The notes beneath the pieces were generated by a model. That model saw only the letters and a list, made by a program, of their open reading frames with translations. It searched no databases and was not told the origin of the DNA. 64,000 nt of DNA from Chrysomallon squamiferum (lineage: Eukaryota; Animalia; Mollusca). Below are positions 29,701-49,837 of this stretch, piece by piece; position 1 is the first letter of the stretch, and the number at the start of each line of letters is the position of its first letter. The stretch is from the NCBI GenBank assembly GCA_012295275.1, contig CM022679.1, forward strand, positions 1,054,001-1,118,000, read 5' to 3'. The position numbers were made by a program, and so were the translations under genes.

Positions 29701-31372
29701 ATTTACATAGAAAATTTGCCTAAATACACGTCGGTATTTACATCACACAAAATTTCCATAGCGTTCCTTAGAGCCGATCTGCCTGAGAGAGAAAAATCAC
29801 TGTGGCTCTGTCTTCTACTTGTGAAATTATAAATATTTATTTTGTGGTACTTAATTTGAATTCTGCATGTCAATTTGTATTATACTATTAAAAAATATTA
29901 TAAAACACTACAACTGTTATTATCATTATTGTTATTATTAGTAGCGGTATTATTTTGTTTTGTTATTATTACTATTATCCTAACCATCATCATCATCATA
30001 AATAGTATAACTATTGTTATTATTATCATCATTGTCATCGTTATTATTTATTTATTTTCTTACTCTCTAACGACAAACTCAGATTTTTGTTATTTTTACT
30101 GTAACTGTAACTTAGACTTTTCATTATTATATTTATTCTGTCAACATCATTGTCTTTATGATTGTCGTCTCTTCATATTTCAGGTAGGTCTGCAAACGAC
30201 ATTGCCCTTATTAGGCTGATTGATAGGGTACCTTAAGGACCTACAAACAGATACATCCGGAAAATAGATTTACCGAGGTGGAATGATCATTTCAGTGTTG
30301 TCATAAAGTGAAGCATCAGTAGTTGGGGATGTACTAGGAAAGGTTCGTTCAATTAAACACTACTCTCATTAATTTGTGCAAAATTTTGATAACGTTGAAC
30401 CAATCAACACAAAAATTCTTTGACACCACTGTCCAAGATGACTTCTGTTGAATAGAAACATTTTAATTATAATACTGTTATCCAGTTAAAGACGTTTTAG
30501 TTTGTTTTCTATGAATGTGAATCAAATGTGTTTAAAATAATGGTTTTCATATCTTTAAAACATCTTTACGCTTTGAATCCATGTTAAGGTCACCTAGGAA
30601 AGGAAAGGCATATTTTAAAAGAAGTGTCTGCTCTACCTCATGTTTTTCTCCATCCAGTAATAACTGTAAATTAGTGTTTGTATGGAATCAGATTTATTTC
30701 CAGTATGTAAATATTACTACTGCGTTGTCTCCTTCTATCGACACGAATCATTTTTCCTCATTTACTGCATGCATTCCTACCATAATTTGAAACATACACT
30801 ACATGTTTCAGTCTTACATAACAATATTCATCAATACAGATTTTAACAAAGAAATCGTTATATTTCCAAACTAAAATACACTAAAATGCAGTGAGCAAAA
30901 GTACACAGATATAACAGATAGTCATATTTCTTTGATTCGTTTTTGTTTCTTGTAGGTGGACCTGTGTCACCAGTAGCACGAACAAATAACAATGCCAATA
31001 ATACGTAGCTCACTGTGTAATCACATCTATGGTATGTCAATGAAAAACAAAATATGTGCCGGTTACTTCAACAAAGTGATTGGAGTCTGTACGGTAAGGT
31101 AATTAACAGCCATGCACCCCACATTCTCTCACACACAAACACACCTATAGACCATACACTCTCTCTCTCACACATACACACCTATAGACCATACACTCTC
31201 TCTCACACACAAACACACCTATAGACCATACACTCTCTCTCTCACACATACATACCCAAGCACACTTACATACATGCATACATTCAAACATGCATACATA
31301 TATAAGAACAATTACTCTCAGTACCACTGCTACTACACAGACAAGTGTAGACGTACGACACCAAACTGTTAG

Positions 31373-31670
31373 AACAGTGACTCTACTGCTATCAAACAGT
31401 GTCACTACTGTTATATTATTGTAACAGTGACTCTACTGCTATCAAACAGTGTCACTACTGTTATATTATTGTAACAGTGACTCTACTGCTATCAAACAGT
31501 GTCACTACTGTTATATTATTGTAACAGTGACTCTACTGCTATCAAACAGTGTCACTACTGTTATATTATTGTAACAGTGACTCTACTGCTATCAAACAGT
31601 GTCACTACTGTTATATTGTTGTAACAGTGAAACTACTGCTATCAAACAGTGTCACTACTGTTATATTATT
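31373..31670. repeat. 50-bp tandem repeat, ~6 copies, in intron 6 of pseudogene E
   Basis: Unit AACAGTGACTCTACTGCTATCAAACAGTGTCACTACTGTTATATTATTGT. Degenerate relatives occur in intron 6 of D, F, G and H. Confidence 0.93.
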
Positions 31671-32405
31671 GCAAAGAAGATAATACCACTATAATACTAA
31701 TCAGTGTCACTACTGTTATATTATCATAAGGATGACAATATACTACTATCATATTAATCTCTGTCACTACTTTTATATTATTATAAATATGATAGTACTG
31801 CTGCTACATTAGTCAGGACTGTTTTATTATTTGAAGGGTGACAGCGGTGGAGCTCTGGTTTGTGTAAAGAACAGTAAATATATCGTATCTGGCACCGTCG
31901 TGTATGCGAGCAAGAAATACCCAGGAAAGTTTCCAGCTGTCTTTGAAAATGTCAGGTCCCATATTTACTGGATCAGAAGATATGTCACGATCTGATGTCA
32001 TTTCTTGTCCTCTGATTCTGCTACGTTTCAGCGAAATTTTCTTTTAAACATTAATAAAAAATATTTTGAAATATGTTTTAAGATAAATTCTCTGGATTAC
32101 ATACATAAATACATACACTGAATGGCGCCATACCTTGTCGTCTGATACTTTTACTGGATGGCGTCATTATAGAAACATTGTTGCGCTCATACATCTTTAA
32201 ACAGGTTTGTCAGAAAAGAAAAAAGTAAGAGAGAACGGAAAGGAAGAAGATTTATTCCTATTCATATAATTGGAAAAATCTATAGACGCATTTTGTTGTA
32301 AACTGGGCAGTTAAAGTGATCATAACTTTCTAAGAATTAAAACAATCTAATAAACGAAAATCAGTTTCGGGACTCTTCTGATGTAGAGAGTAAGTAAACG
32401 CGCCG

Positions 32406-32487
<82 letters not shown>

Positions 32488-33067
32488 TCATAGATTAAAC
32501 ATTTAATGCCGTGAAATGGCATTAAATTGCCGTAATAAATATCACATCAAGTGGTTTCATCACAATTTTTATGGGATAATCGTTTGTTCACAATCGATAC
32601 GACCAAATCATATTATTTTCCCTCAAACTAGAAAACCGTTTGCGGTCGATAGTTTGATTATATTACTAAATCACTAAAATGATTTTATTCTGGAAAACTT
32701 AAAAAACGTACTTACAACAACAGCACATTTGACATCCATGCCGGAAAAGACACTAACTAAACTATTGTCAGGATTTCAATCATCTTCGTATGTAGATCGT
32801 CTGGTTTTTTAAATACTTTTCCCCACTATTTTTCTCTTTAACCTGCTTCTCGTACGAAAACAAAACTAGTATGCTGTGGTGAACCATGTGTAGTTCAATT
32901 AGTATAGTATAACACAAATATAGTCACTGAAGCGCAAGCCATGAAAAATCGGTCACAGCGTTTTGCAGACACAATTTGATTAAGCGATTAACTACTAAGT
33001 CAAACAATTTCAGAGAAAATGTACAAAATAAATATTAAACGTTCACATATTCCGTATAATATTCCCT

Positions 33068-33284
<217 letters not shown>

Positions 33285-33332
33285 CATATGGTGCACACAG
33301 AGACATCATCTGTAAACAACCTACAAACGTTA

Positions 33333-33407
33333 TTTGTTACCTAACAGGTGATTATAAAAACTGGCACAACCCGAACCACCTCATTTATTTACTTCAATAT
33401 TACCAGC
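33333..33407 (+). promoter_or_regulatory. Putative core promoter of gene F (E-box + TATA + Inr)
   Basis: CAGGTG at 33345-33350, TATAAAA at 33353-33359, Inr-like TCATTT at 33381-33386 (its A is 30 nt after the first T of the TATA). Confidence 0.65.
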
Positions 33408-36261
33408 ATGATTTGTGTTTTCCTTCTGCTTCTTCAGATTTTTCCAGTGGGTAAGAAAGTGTTTCTCTGAAGCAGACTAAGCTGTAACTTACTGTAGATA
33501 GTCTGTGAATGAAAATTATTTATTTAGACGGGTAACGTTGTGAGTGACAAGAAGCTGTTGTGATCCTAACTGATCGATATATGAAAAATTTAACAGCTCT
33601 GTGACAGCTGAACTGTTAACATACAGAAACCTTTAGTGTATGTGTGTGTGTATATATATGTATGTATGTGTGTGTATGTATGCACGTTTGATTATAGTGA
33701 TGATTATTAATTAATTTATTTATTTATCTATTTACTTACTTACTCACTTATTTATATATGTAAGAGAATCGATCGTTTGAAAGTCGTTCTACAGGAGGCA
33801 CACCTATAAAGAAAGGTCAGAACCAATGGTTCATACTCCTCACGGCTAAGGTGGTCATTCAGAGATTCGTCTGGCGTCCTAAATCGTACATGCACTACTA
33901 CTGTAGCGGGTTCGTGATCAGCGACTACTGGATCCTCACCGCCGCCCGCTGTTTCGAGAACCGGTACGCAGTTCTAAGTCACACAGTTCAGTTTCGTACG
34001 AATATATGCATTTATGTACGTGAAAATATAGGTAATTATGTTATTTCGATGGATGGATAGGTGGATTTATCAATGAATATTATGTTGTCTTACGTACGTC
34101 CGATAAGGATTTGAATATAAACAATATTCAGGAGTGTAGTGGTAAAGTCGAACATTGTAGTAGCACAAGAAGTATCTGTAGTAATAGTGGTGCCAGTAAT
34201 GGTCATGGTAATAGCACCGGTAGTAGTGGTAGTAGGAATGGTAGTGGTAGTAGTCGCAATACTAGTAGTATTGGTAGTCGTGGCGGTAGTAGTAGAAAGA
34301 GTGGTATTAGATGTAATAGTAGTAATAGTAGACGTACTAGAGTAGCAGCTGGTGGTGGTAATGATGGTAATAGTAGAAAGAGGATTATTAGTAGCTACAG
34401 TAGAAAAACTAGAGCAGTGATTGTTATAATGATGGTGGTGGTTGTGGTGGTAGTTGCTTTGTGGTAGTAACAATAGTAGTTTTAATAGTTGTAGTAGAAT
34501 AATAATACTAGTAATAGCAATGGTTGTGGTAGTGATGGTAGTAGTGATACTTGTAGTACACAAAATTAATATAAAATTTGTTTCTCCAAGAGCTCAATTA
34601 AGATTACCACGATACTGGACAGTAACAGTCGCCACCAACAAACTGCAGGTAAAGAGAAATCAATACTCTATATTGTGTGTCTGTATCTCTGTGTGTTTAC
34701 TTATGTATGTACATATATGTATATATGTATAATAATAATAATAATAATGTGTGTGTGTGTATATTTGTATGTTTTTATGTATGTATATATGCATGTATGT
34801 ATATATTGTAAATATATTAATGGAGAAACGTAACAGATCTATATATATATGTTTAGAAAATATCAAATGATGTTTGGCAGTTTGTGCTACAAATATTTAT
34901 TGATTAAAAGTATAATCCTAAAATCATCACGTATTAACGAAGATGTTGCTGACACCATGTGAAGCTAGCCTGCCGATGATATGAAAGTAAACGTTGGGGC
35001 CGAGTGTTCTGTTCCCGTAACCGATTCCGTGCGGTGCAGACACTAATTTGTCACAACCCAGACATACTTCAAACTGTTAGACTGGAGTTTGGAAGTGATT
35101 TCGTAAATGAAGCAACCGAACAGGGTTATCTTGTTGACGTGATATCGCACGCAGGCAAGTGATGGGTGTTGCGCTGTTGTTGATAACATCTCAGAAAACA
35201 GTTTGTAGTGTTTCGATGTAAATCAACAGGGCAGATAACTTGGTTTTGTGTCTTTCCTGCTTGTAGCACACCACTGGAAGACGCTGGTTTTCGGAAAGAC
35301 GTGGCATGATGTAACCTTCAATATTCTGTCAAACAGACGTGTTTTTCTGACATGCAAAATATATAAAGATATCGTCGCAGTAATGTTGGGCAGTCATGTT
35401 TCCGTGTATGAAAATGAGATCTGTTTTACCTCCACCGTTAATGCCGGCCCAGACCATGATGCTGTCACAGCCATATCGGACATGCTGAATGACGTAGACT
35501 GCATCATTTCGTTCTCTCATCGTCTCCATCCATACATGACGCCTACCATCCGCAAACTGAACACGAAACCTGGATTCGTCTGTGAATAATGTCTGATCCC
35601 ATTGTCTGCGTCGCCAGTGCTGGTGTATTCTGGCCCATCTCAGACATTCTTGAATGAGCCGCGTTGTCAGTGGAACAGCTACAACACGGTGACGTGCTTG
35701 TAATCCATCAGCATGGAGACGGTTCCGCACAGTTTGAGTTCTAGAGCCTGTGGCTTGGTGCAAAGTGCGGGCTCAATGTGGAGCACTTGCGAACCTGTGA
35801 CGTCGAGATGACGTCATTATGTTCCCTTGAAGTAGTTAAACGTGGTCGATCTCGCTGTTGCCCCGTTTGCTGTACGCGTTGTCGTAGTTGTGATAAGGTG
35901 GTGTCATGAATACGATAGCGCTGTCATGAATAGGAACAGCTACGACAGGGTGACAGCACTGAACGACGTCGTGTACGGCGATCCATTATAACAGGATAAA
36001 TTCTTCCTTTTGTTTTTGGATGATGTTGGTTCAGTGCATCAAAATGTGATTTTAATAATCCGTATTGCACGTGATTCTAAGACAGCACGAGCTCACCGCG
36101 TTTGCACGTGCAGTACACATAGATAGCAGCGAGCGAAATGACACAAGGTTTTTTTTTTTCATTACCCAGAGCGACAGAACATATACAACTAACATATTAC
36201 CAAGTTGTATCACTTTATTTGAATTTATTTGAAAGCAACTTCCTAAACTTTGATGCTTAAG

Positions 36262-36342
<81 letters not shown>

Positions 36343-38857
36343 ATGTAAGTATGTATGTATGTATGTATTAATGCATATATGTATGTATATTTTTATATGT
36401 ATTTCAAGAACATATTTTTATTTATTTTCATTTCATCATCATAAAGGATGATAACGTAAATAAAGTGTACAGCTACTTTGGAAAGAAATCCAATCCCACT
36501 ACTTGGTACAAGTGGCACATTAAACCCTCAAGAATTATAATTCATCCACAGTTTGATCCAAGTCAGTATTTACATTAGCTTTACATTAATTTATATCCAC
36601 ATCTATATTTACATTAAACATCTCTACATTAACTTACATACACATCCACATTTACATAACACATCTCTTCCTTAGATATAATCTATATGAGAGAAAAATC
36701 ATTGTAGCTCTGTCTTCTAGTTGTGAAATTATAAATATTTATTTTATGGTATTTAATTTGAATTATACTGTCGTTTTATTTTTGCTGTTTGAAATCCCAA
36801 TCATCATCAAAATAAATATTATTTAATACTTTTGTTATTAGCATTCATCCTCATTATTATAATTATTATTATCATTATCCCAGTCATTATCAAAATTTTA
36901 TTATTAATATTTTTATTATTACTATTACTATTATTATTATTACCATTATAATTATTATTACTATTATTATTATTATTATTACTATTATTATTATTATTAT
37001 AATAACTGTCTTTAATATTTATTTATTTATTTATTTATTTATTTGCTCTCTAATGACAAACTGAGATATTTGTGATTTTTAACTGTAACGTAGATTTTTC
37101 GTTATTGTAGTTATTTAGGTAATATCAATGTCTTTATGATTGTCGTCTGGCTCATATTCCAGGGAAGCATTTAAACGACATTGCCCTTATGAAACTTTCC
37201 TCTAAGGCACCTTTAGGTACAAATGTCCACATATTAGAGTTACCGAGCAGCGATGACGAGTTCCCTGTTGGTACGGTCTGCTCTATCAGTGTCTGGGGAT
37301 GTACTGAGCAAGGTTCGTTCAATCAAACATTATTATCCTTAATTTATGCAGAATTTTGATGATGTTGAATAAATTATATCAAAAATCGACATAAAGATTC
37401 AGAGGTACTTTTCTACAAGATGGCTTCAGTTGAATAGAAAACAATTTTTTTTAATACTGTTGTCCAATTAAAGATGTTTAAGGTTAGTTATTCTATGAGG
37501 GGGAATCAAACGTGATTATAAAAAAAGGCTTTTCATATCTTTAGATATTTTTTAAAGTTTCTTTGTTTAAAACAAATATTTGTTTAAAACAAATTCCATT
37601 TACGTTTTGAACCCATATTTTGTCAGTTCACTAATAACTGTAAATAAATGTTTGTATGGAATCAGATTTATTTCCAGTATGTAAATATTACTACTGCGTT
37701 GTCTCCTTCTATCGACACGAATCGTTTTTCCTCATTTACAACATGTCGGGAATGTAAAGTCAAACTTAGCAAGTATCATCGAGACTGTACATACATCATT
37801 AACTTTGTTTGTGGTTTCATTCTTATCACAAATTTGTAACATATACTACATGTTACAGCCTTACATAACACTATTCTTCAATAAAGATAGGTAACAATCT
37901 AAACAAAGAAATCGTCATAGAACAAAATGTACTGAGTAAATGTACACAGGTACAGCAGTGTCTTCACATTTGTTTGGTTTGTTTTAGTTTTTTTGTTTTT
38001 TGTAGGTCGCCTTATATCGACAGCGACACGGACCTTGTCAATGCCAATAGTGCCTAACAAATCCTGCTTTGAAGTCTATCGTAAGTCAATGGACAAAAAA
38101 ATATGTGCCGGTCAATCCAACAAAGGGACTGAAGTCTGTTCGGTATGGAAATGAAAACCCATACTTTTTATTATAAAAACACTACTATCACATTAATCAG
38201 TGTCAGGACTGTTTTATTATTTTAAGGGTGACAGCGGTGGAGCTCTGGTTTGTGTAAAGAACAACACAACTAAAAACAGTATACTCCTATCATATTAACC
38301 ACATTTTTTATGTTATTATAAAGATGACACTACAGCTACAACATTAATCAATGTCACTACTTTTAAATTTTTATAAATATGACACTACTATCACATTAAT
38401 CAGTATCACTACTGTTATATTATTGTAAAAATGATAATACTACTATCACATTAATCAGCGTCACTACTTTTATATTATTATAAAGATGAAAGTAGGCTAC
38501 CACATTAATCAGTGTCACTACATTTATATCGTTATAAATATGACAGTACTACAATCACATTAACCAATGTCACTACTTTTATATTATTGTAAAACTGATA
38601 AAACTGCTATATATTAATCAGTGTCACTACTTTTATATTATTGTAAAACTGATAATACTACTATATATTAATCAGTGTCAGAAATGTTTTACTATTTTAA
38701 GGGTGACAGCGGTGGAGCTCTGGTTTGTGTAAAGAACAACAAAAATATCGCAGCCGGTACATTGTCGCTTGGGAGCAAACTGTATAAAGGAAAGTATCCG
38801 GCTGTATTTACGAAGATCAGCTCCTACCTTTATTGGATCAAAAAATATGCCACATGA
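33408..38857 (+). CDS. Gene F: 7-exon S1A protease homolog (~285 aa), frame open but catalytic His->Arg; probable pseudoenzyme or young pseudogene
   Basis: Exons: 33408-33450, 33765-33963 (SR|STGG...LTAARCF; CGC at 33947-33949), 34591-34648, 36447-36561, 37163-37312 (LNDIAL...ISVWGCT), 38006-38142 (...GTEVCS), 38702-38857 (GDSGGALVC). No stops or frameshifts. AATAAA at 38935-38940. Confidence 0.8.
34851..36262 (-). mobile_element. Degenerate, internally deleted Tc1/mariner DNA transposon in intron 3 of gene F
   Basis: ORF 35329-35763 has Tc1 motifs ([39 protein letters not shown]). TA-repeat flanks. The boundaries are approximate. Confidence 0.85.
38227..38298 (+). pseudogene. Truncated duplicate of exon 7 inside intron 6 of gene F
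   Basis: tttaag|GGTGACAGCGGTGGAGCTCTGGTTTGTGTAAAGAACAAC is identical to the start of the true exon 7 at 38702, then reads [10 protein letters not shown]. Confidence 0.85.
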
Positions 38858-39254
38858 TACTGCTACATTTCAGCGAAAGTTTTGATCAAAACAACAAAAA
38901 ATGAAATATCACTGAAACTTTATTGTTTTTCTGCAATAAATATTTTGAAATGTGTTTTGAGATAAATTAACTGTATTACACACACAGACACACACACAGA
39001 CACACACACACACACACACACTCAGTCTGAATGACTCCATACATTGTTGTCTGATATTTTTGCTATATGGTATCATTATAGAAGAATGATAATGCTCGTA
39101 CATCTTTAAATAGGTTTGTCAGAAAAATTAAACAGAAAGAACGAAAAAGCAGTTAGTCTGACTTGATTCTTTTTCGTATAACTGGAAAAACACAATTAAA
39201 ACGGTACCGAGATGTTTGTTATTGATCAGTTACTGGAAAAGTTACACATTTTAA

Positions 39255-39302
<48 letters not shown>

Positions 39303-39702
39303 AATAAATAAATAAATTAATTAATTAAATAAATGTATTAATTTTGAAACACTTAAAGACAGACATACAGGTAGAGAGTAAACAATATGAATAAATAAAA
39401 ACATTATTTAAAACCTACATCAGCCGCATTTTAGTATTAATCTGCAAACGTACATTACATATCTTCAGTAGCAGTTGTAACGAACGCGAGGTGCGCTCGC
39501 TACCTTTTTTTTTGGAAATGACGAATTCCCAAACTCAGAATGTTACGCAAATTTACCAAATGTATAAAAGAAGAATCAAATAAAATATCAAATTACTTAC
39601 ATTTCTTATAAAGACGTAACAGAAAATCCGAAAATAAAAGGAACCAGAGAAATAGGTAAAAAAAAAAAAAAAAATCTATCGACATTATTATCGTAATCAT
39701 CA

Positions 39703-39785
<83 letters not shown>

Positions 39786-40494
39786 TTATTTTTATTATTA
39801 TTATCATTATTATTATTATTTATATTATTAGTAAACTGAAAATGAATCTCTAGTTACTTGTTTGAAGTCTGTATATGCTACAGGAAATTATTATATATAA
39901 TCCTTAAACTTTTCTGACATTATGTCTTATCTGTGATTCATCCAGAATTATGTGTACTCTCTGAAAATTTCATATGTTTATATATCAGCTGAAATTTAGT
40001 CCTTTATTTTATACATACTCCCTGAACATTTTTCATCTGTTGCTGTATCCTTCTAATAAAGTTCACATGATATAAAATTATGTGTAATCTTTGATTCATC
40101 TGGAGTTATATGTAATCTCTGACATAATTTAGTTTGATTTATTACCAAGACACATACTAATAATAATAATGTACGTGCGAATGTATGCATTTATGTAAAT
40201 GAAAATATAAGTAAGTAAGTATGTACGTATGTTTGTACCATGTATATCCAAATGGATGGATGGATGGATGGATTTAACAGTGAATATTCTGCTGTCATCA
40301 GTACGTCTGATAAGGTTTCGCATGCAAACAGTATTTAGTAAAGTCGAAAATAGCAGTACCAGTAGTAGTGCGTATAGTAATAGTGGTAGCAGTAATAGCG
40401 GTAGTACTAATACTAATAGTATATTATTGTGTGTCTGTCTGTGTGTTTATTTATGTATGGACACACATGTATATTTATTTTTATTTTTATATGG

Positions 40495-40662
40495 AATTTT
40501 GGATTTTGAATATTCTCTGTCTTATGTACGTCTGATTAAACTGCACACAGACAATATCTGGGAACGCACTGGAGGACAAAGTCCAATCAGAAACCCTGTC
40601 AGATGCAACTGATGAAACTCGTACTCCGAAGACGGACGATGTTACCGTTTGGCCATCAAGAC
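40495..40662 (-). mobile_element. Second, diverged copy of the SINE-like element
   Basis: Shares gtacgtct..tt..actgcac..agacaatat...ggaggacaaagtccaatca...tcagatgc..ctga.ga.actcg with 19510-19675. Confidence 0.55.
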
Positions 40663-40999
40663 GACCTTAAAAGAAAAGTTGCTCAATAACTGAAGGGTAA
40701 TCATCGCTTCCCATGAAGCACGCCGTTGTTTTTGTATTTCGTCTTTTTTCTTTGCATTTGTTCTTTTTGAGGGAAACCTCCCACTGGCAAGTGTGTAGTT
40801 TAGGATATGAGTACTGTGTGTCTTATGTACGTCTGAATAGACCCTGCTCACAAACAATGTTCGGGCAGGATACAACATATATAAAACATACTTCAAAATA
40901 TTTATTATAACGAAAGAACAAAGATTTCGCGATATTTATTTTCTTTCATTTAAATTAAAATTTCTCTGAAATGAAGCAGTATCAGATGAGGAAATTACA

Positions 41000-41147
41000 T
41001 CATCTGACAAACCTTCTGATAAAAGCAGTGTAGCCGCTTTCAGTTATAAACACAACCGGCAACTCCCCTGAATACTTCAGACGACAACGTGTCGGCTACG
41101 ACATATTTCTTCCTCTTTCTACAAACCAGAGCTCCACCGCCGTCACC
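41000..41147 (-). pseudogene. Inverted orphan exon 7 (GDGG type) with attached intron-6 repeats
   Basis: Reverse complement reads tttaag|GDGGGALVCRKRKKYVVADTLS, a frameshift, then YSGELPVVFITESGYTAFIRRFVR*. Intron-6-type 50-bp repeats follow at ~41150-41600. Confidence 0.85.
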
Positions 41148-41801
41148 CTTAAAATAATAAAACAGTTCTGACCCTGATTAACTTCTAGTAGCATTATCTT
41201 TTTTATAATAATATAACAGTAGTGACTCTGATTAATTTCTAGTAGCATTATCTTTTTTATAATAATATAACAGTAGTGACTCTGATTAATTTCTAGTAGC
41301 ATTATCTTTTTTATAATAATATAACGGTAGCATTATCTTTTTTATAATAATATAACAGTAGTGACTCTGATTAATTTCTAGTAGCATTATCTTTTTTATA
41401 ATAATATAACGGTAGTGACACTGATTGATGTGATAGTAGTATTATCATATTTATAGTAATGTAACAGTAGTGACAATAATTGACGTGGTAGCAGTACTGT
41501 GATCTTTATAATTATATAACAGTAGTGACACTGCTTAATGTGATAGCAGTACTGTGATCTTTATAATTATATAATATAATAATATAACAGTAGTGAGCCT
41601 GGTTTATGTGGTAACTGTACTATAATTTGATTCCAGTGATATACTAGAAAATCTAAACAATTTCATAGAAAATCTACAAAATAATTATGAAATTCACATA
41701 TTGTATATATTCCCTGTCTATCTATCTGTCTGTCTGACTGAATATATAAATATGTGTGTGTGTGTGTGTGTGTGGGTGTGTGTGTGTGTGTGGGTGTGTG
41801 G

Positions 41802-41832
<31 letters not shown>

Positions 41833-42065
41833 TGTGGGTGTGTGTGTGGGTGTGTGTGTGTGTGGGTGTGGGTGTGTGGGGGTGTGTGTGTGTATGTGTG
41901 TGTGGGCATTGTACGTATTTGTTTCTGTTTTTCCTAAACATAAGCCGCATACAGATATAGACGTCATCTCTAAACACACCTACATACACTCTTAGTTAAA
42001 TAACAGATGACTACAGAGCTGGCACAAACCGTACAACGTCACTTGTTTAGTTCAATATCATCAGA

Positions 42066-42107
42066 ATGATTCGTTTTTTCTTCTGATTCTTCAGATATTT
42101 TCAGTGG
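42066..42107 (+). pseudogene. Orphan, frameshifted signal-peptide exon 1
   Basis: ATGATTCGTTTTTTCTTCTGA...CAGTGG|GTAAGAAAGTGTT is homologous to exon 1 of D/G/I. It is 42 nt long with an early TGA. The promoter block before it is degraded and no exon 2 follows before gene G. Confidence 0.8.
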
Positions 42108-42689
42108 GTAAGAAAGTGTTTCTTCGTATTAATTTTGGATCATTTAGTGACAGACATACAGGTAGAAAGTATACAACATGAATAAACTAAAAATTATTTT
42201 AAATTTACAAAAGCGCTCGCTACCAACTTTTTTTCGGAAATGGCGAATTCCCCAAAATTTTTAATATATTTAAAACCAGTATCAATTCAAAAATCAGTTT
42301 ACTTAAATTTCCATCATCACTTCACACACTGAAATAATTTGTTTGTAACGATAATGAGGCTGTTTAAGGATATTACGATGTCATTTTACTGAAACTTAGA
42401 ATATATTTACCTAACTAATTTTATTTTGTTTTCTTTTATCCGATGCTAGCACTACAAGCATTAGTCACTTAGTCACAACTATAAGAACATTTGTTTTCAT
42501 GAATTCTAGTGTTTGCTTCTTGACTGACGATAGTTCAAAGAAGTAGATATATATATATATATATATCAAGACAATGGCGGAATTTGATATCAGAGATTAT
42601 CTACTAAGTCAAACAATTGCACAGAAAATTTACAAACTAAGTATTAAACGTTCACGTATTGTGTATAATATTCCTTATCATATTCCCTG

Positions 42690-42768
<79 letters not shown>

Positions 42769-42955
42769 ACACACACACACACACACACGCACGCACACAC
42801 ACAACACACATATACATATACACAATCCGCTGCACACAGAGACATATGCACGTCACCTGTAGACACACCTACAAACGTTATTTGTTACCTAACAGGTGAC
42901 TACAAAATCTGGCACAATCCGTACCACGTCACTTGTTTACTTCATTATTGTCAGC

Positions 42956-49565
<6,610 letters not shown>

Positions 49566-49706
49566 TAGAATTCATCGAACGTTTTTGATCTAAACCAAAA
49601 CAAAAAAAAAAAAATTAAATATCACTGAAACTTTATTTTTTCTTTGTAATAAATAATTTGAAATGTGTTTTGAGATAAATTACCTGGATTACACACACAC
49701 ACCCAA

Positions 49707-49750
<44 letters not shown>

Positions 49751-49799
49751 ACAGACACACTCATACACACAAAACACACACACACACACACCCACCCAA

Positions 49800-49837
<38 letters not shown>

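Larger units (their letters stand above)
25622..31995 (+). pseudogene. Gene E: S1A serine protease pseudogene
   Basis: Exon 1 (25622-25667) has its donor GT mutated to AT. Exons 2-3 are absent. Exon 4 (26294-26388) is 20 nt short (frameshift). Exon 5 (30184-30342) has TAA at 30234 and TGA at 30309. Exon 6 (30956-31093) has a 1-nt insertion. Exon 7 (31837-31995) is still open (GDSGGALVC...). Confidence 0.9.

Noticed and set aside
34851-34915. Left terminal inverted repeat of the Tc1 copies
   Set aside because: Only weak, gapped similarity to the reverse complement of the right end, so no TIR is called and the element boundaries are approximate.
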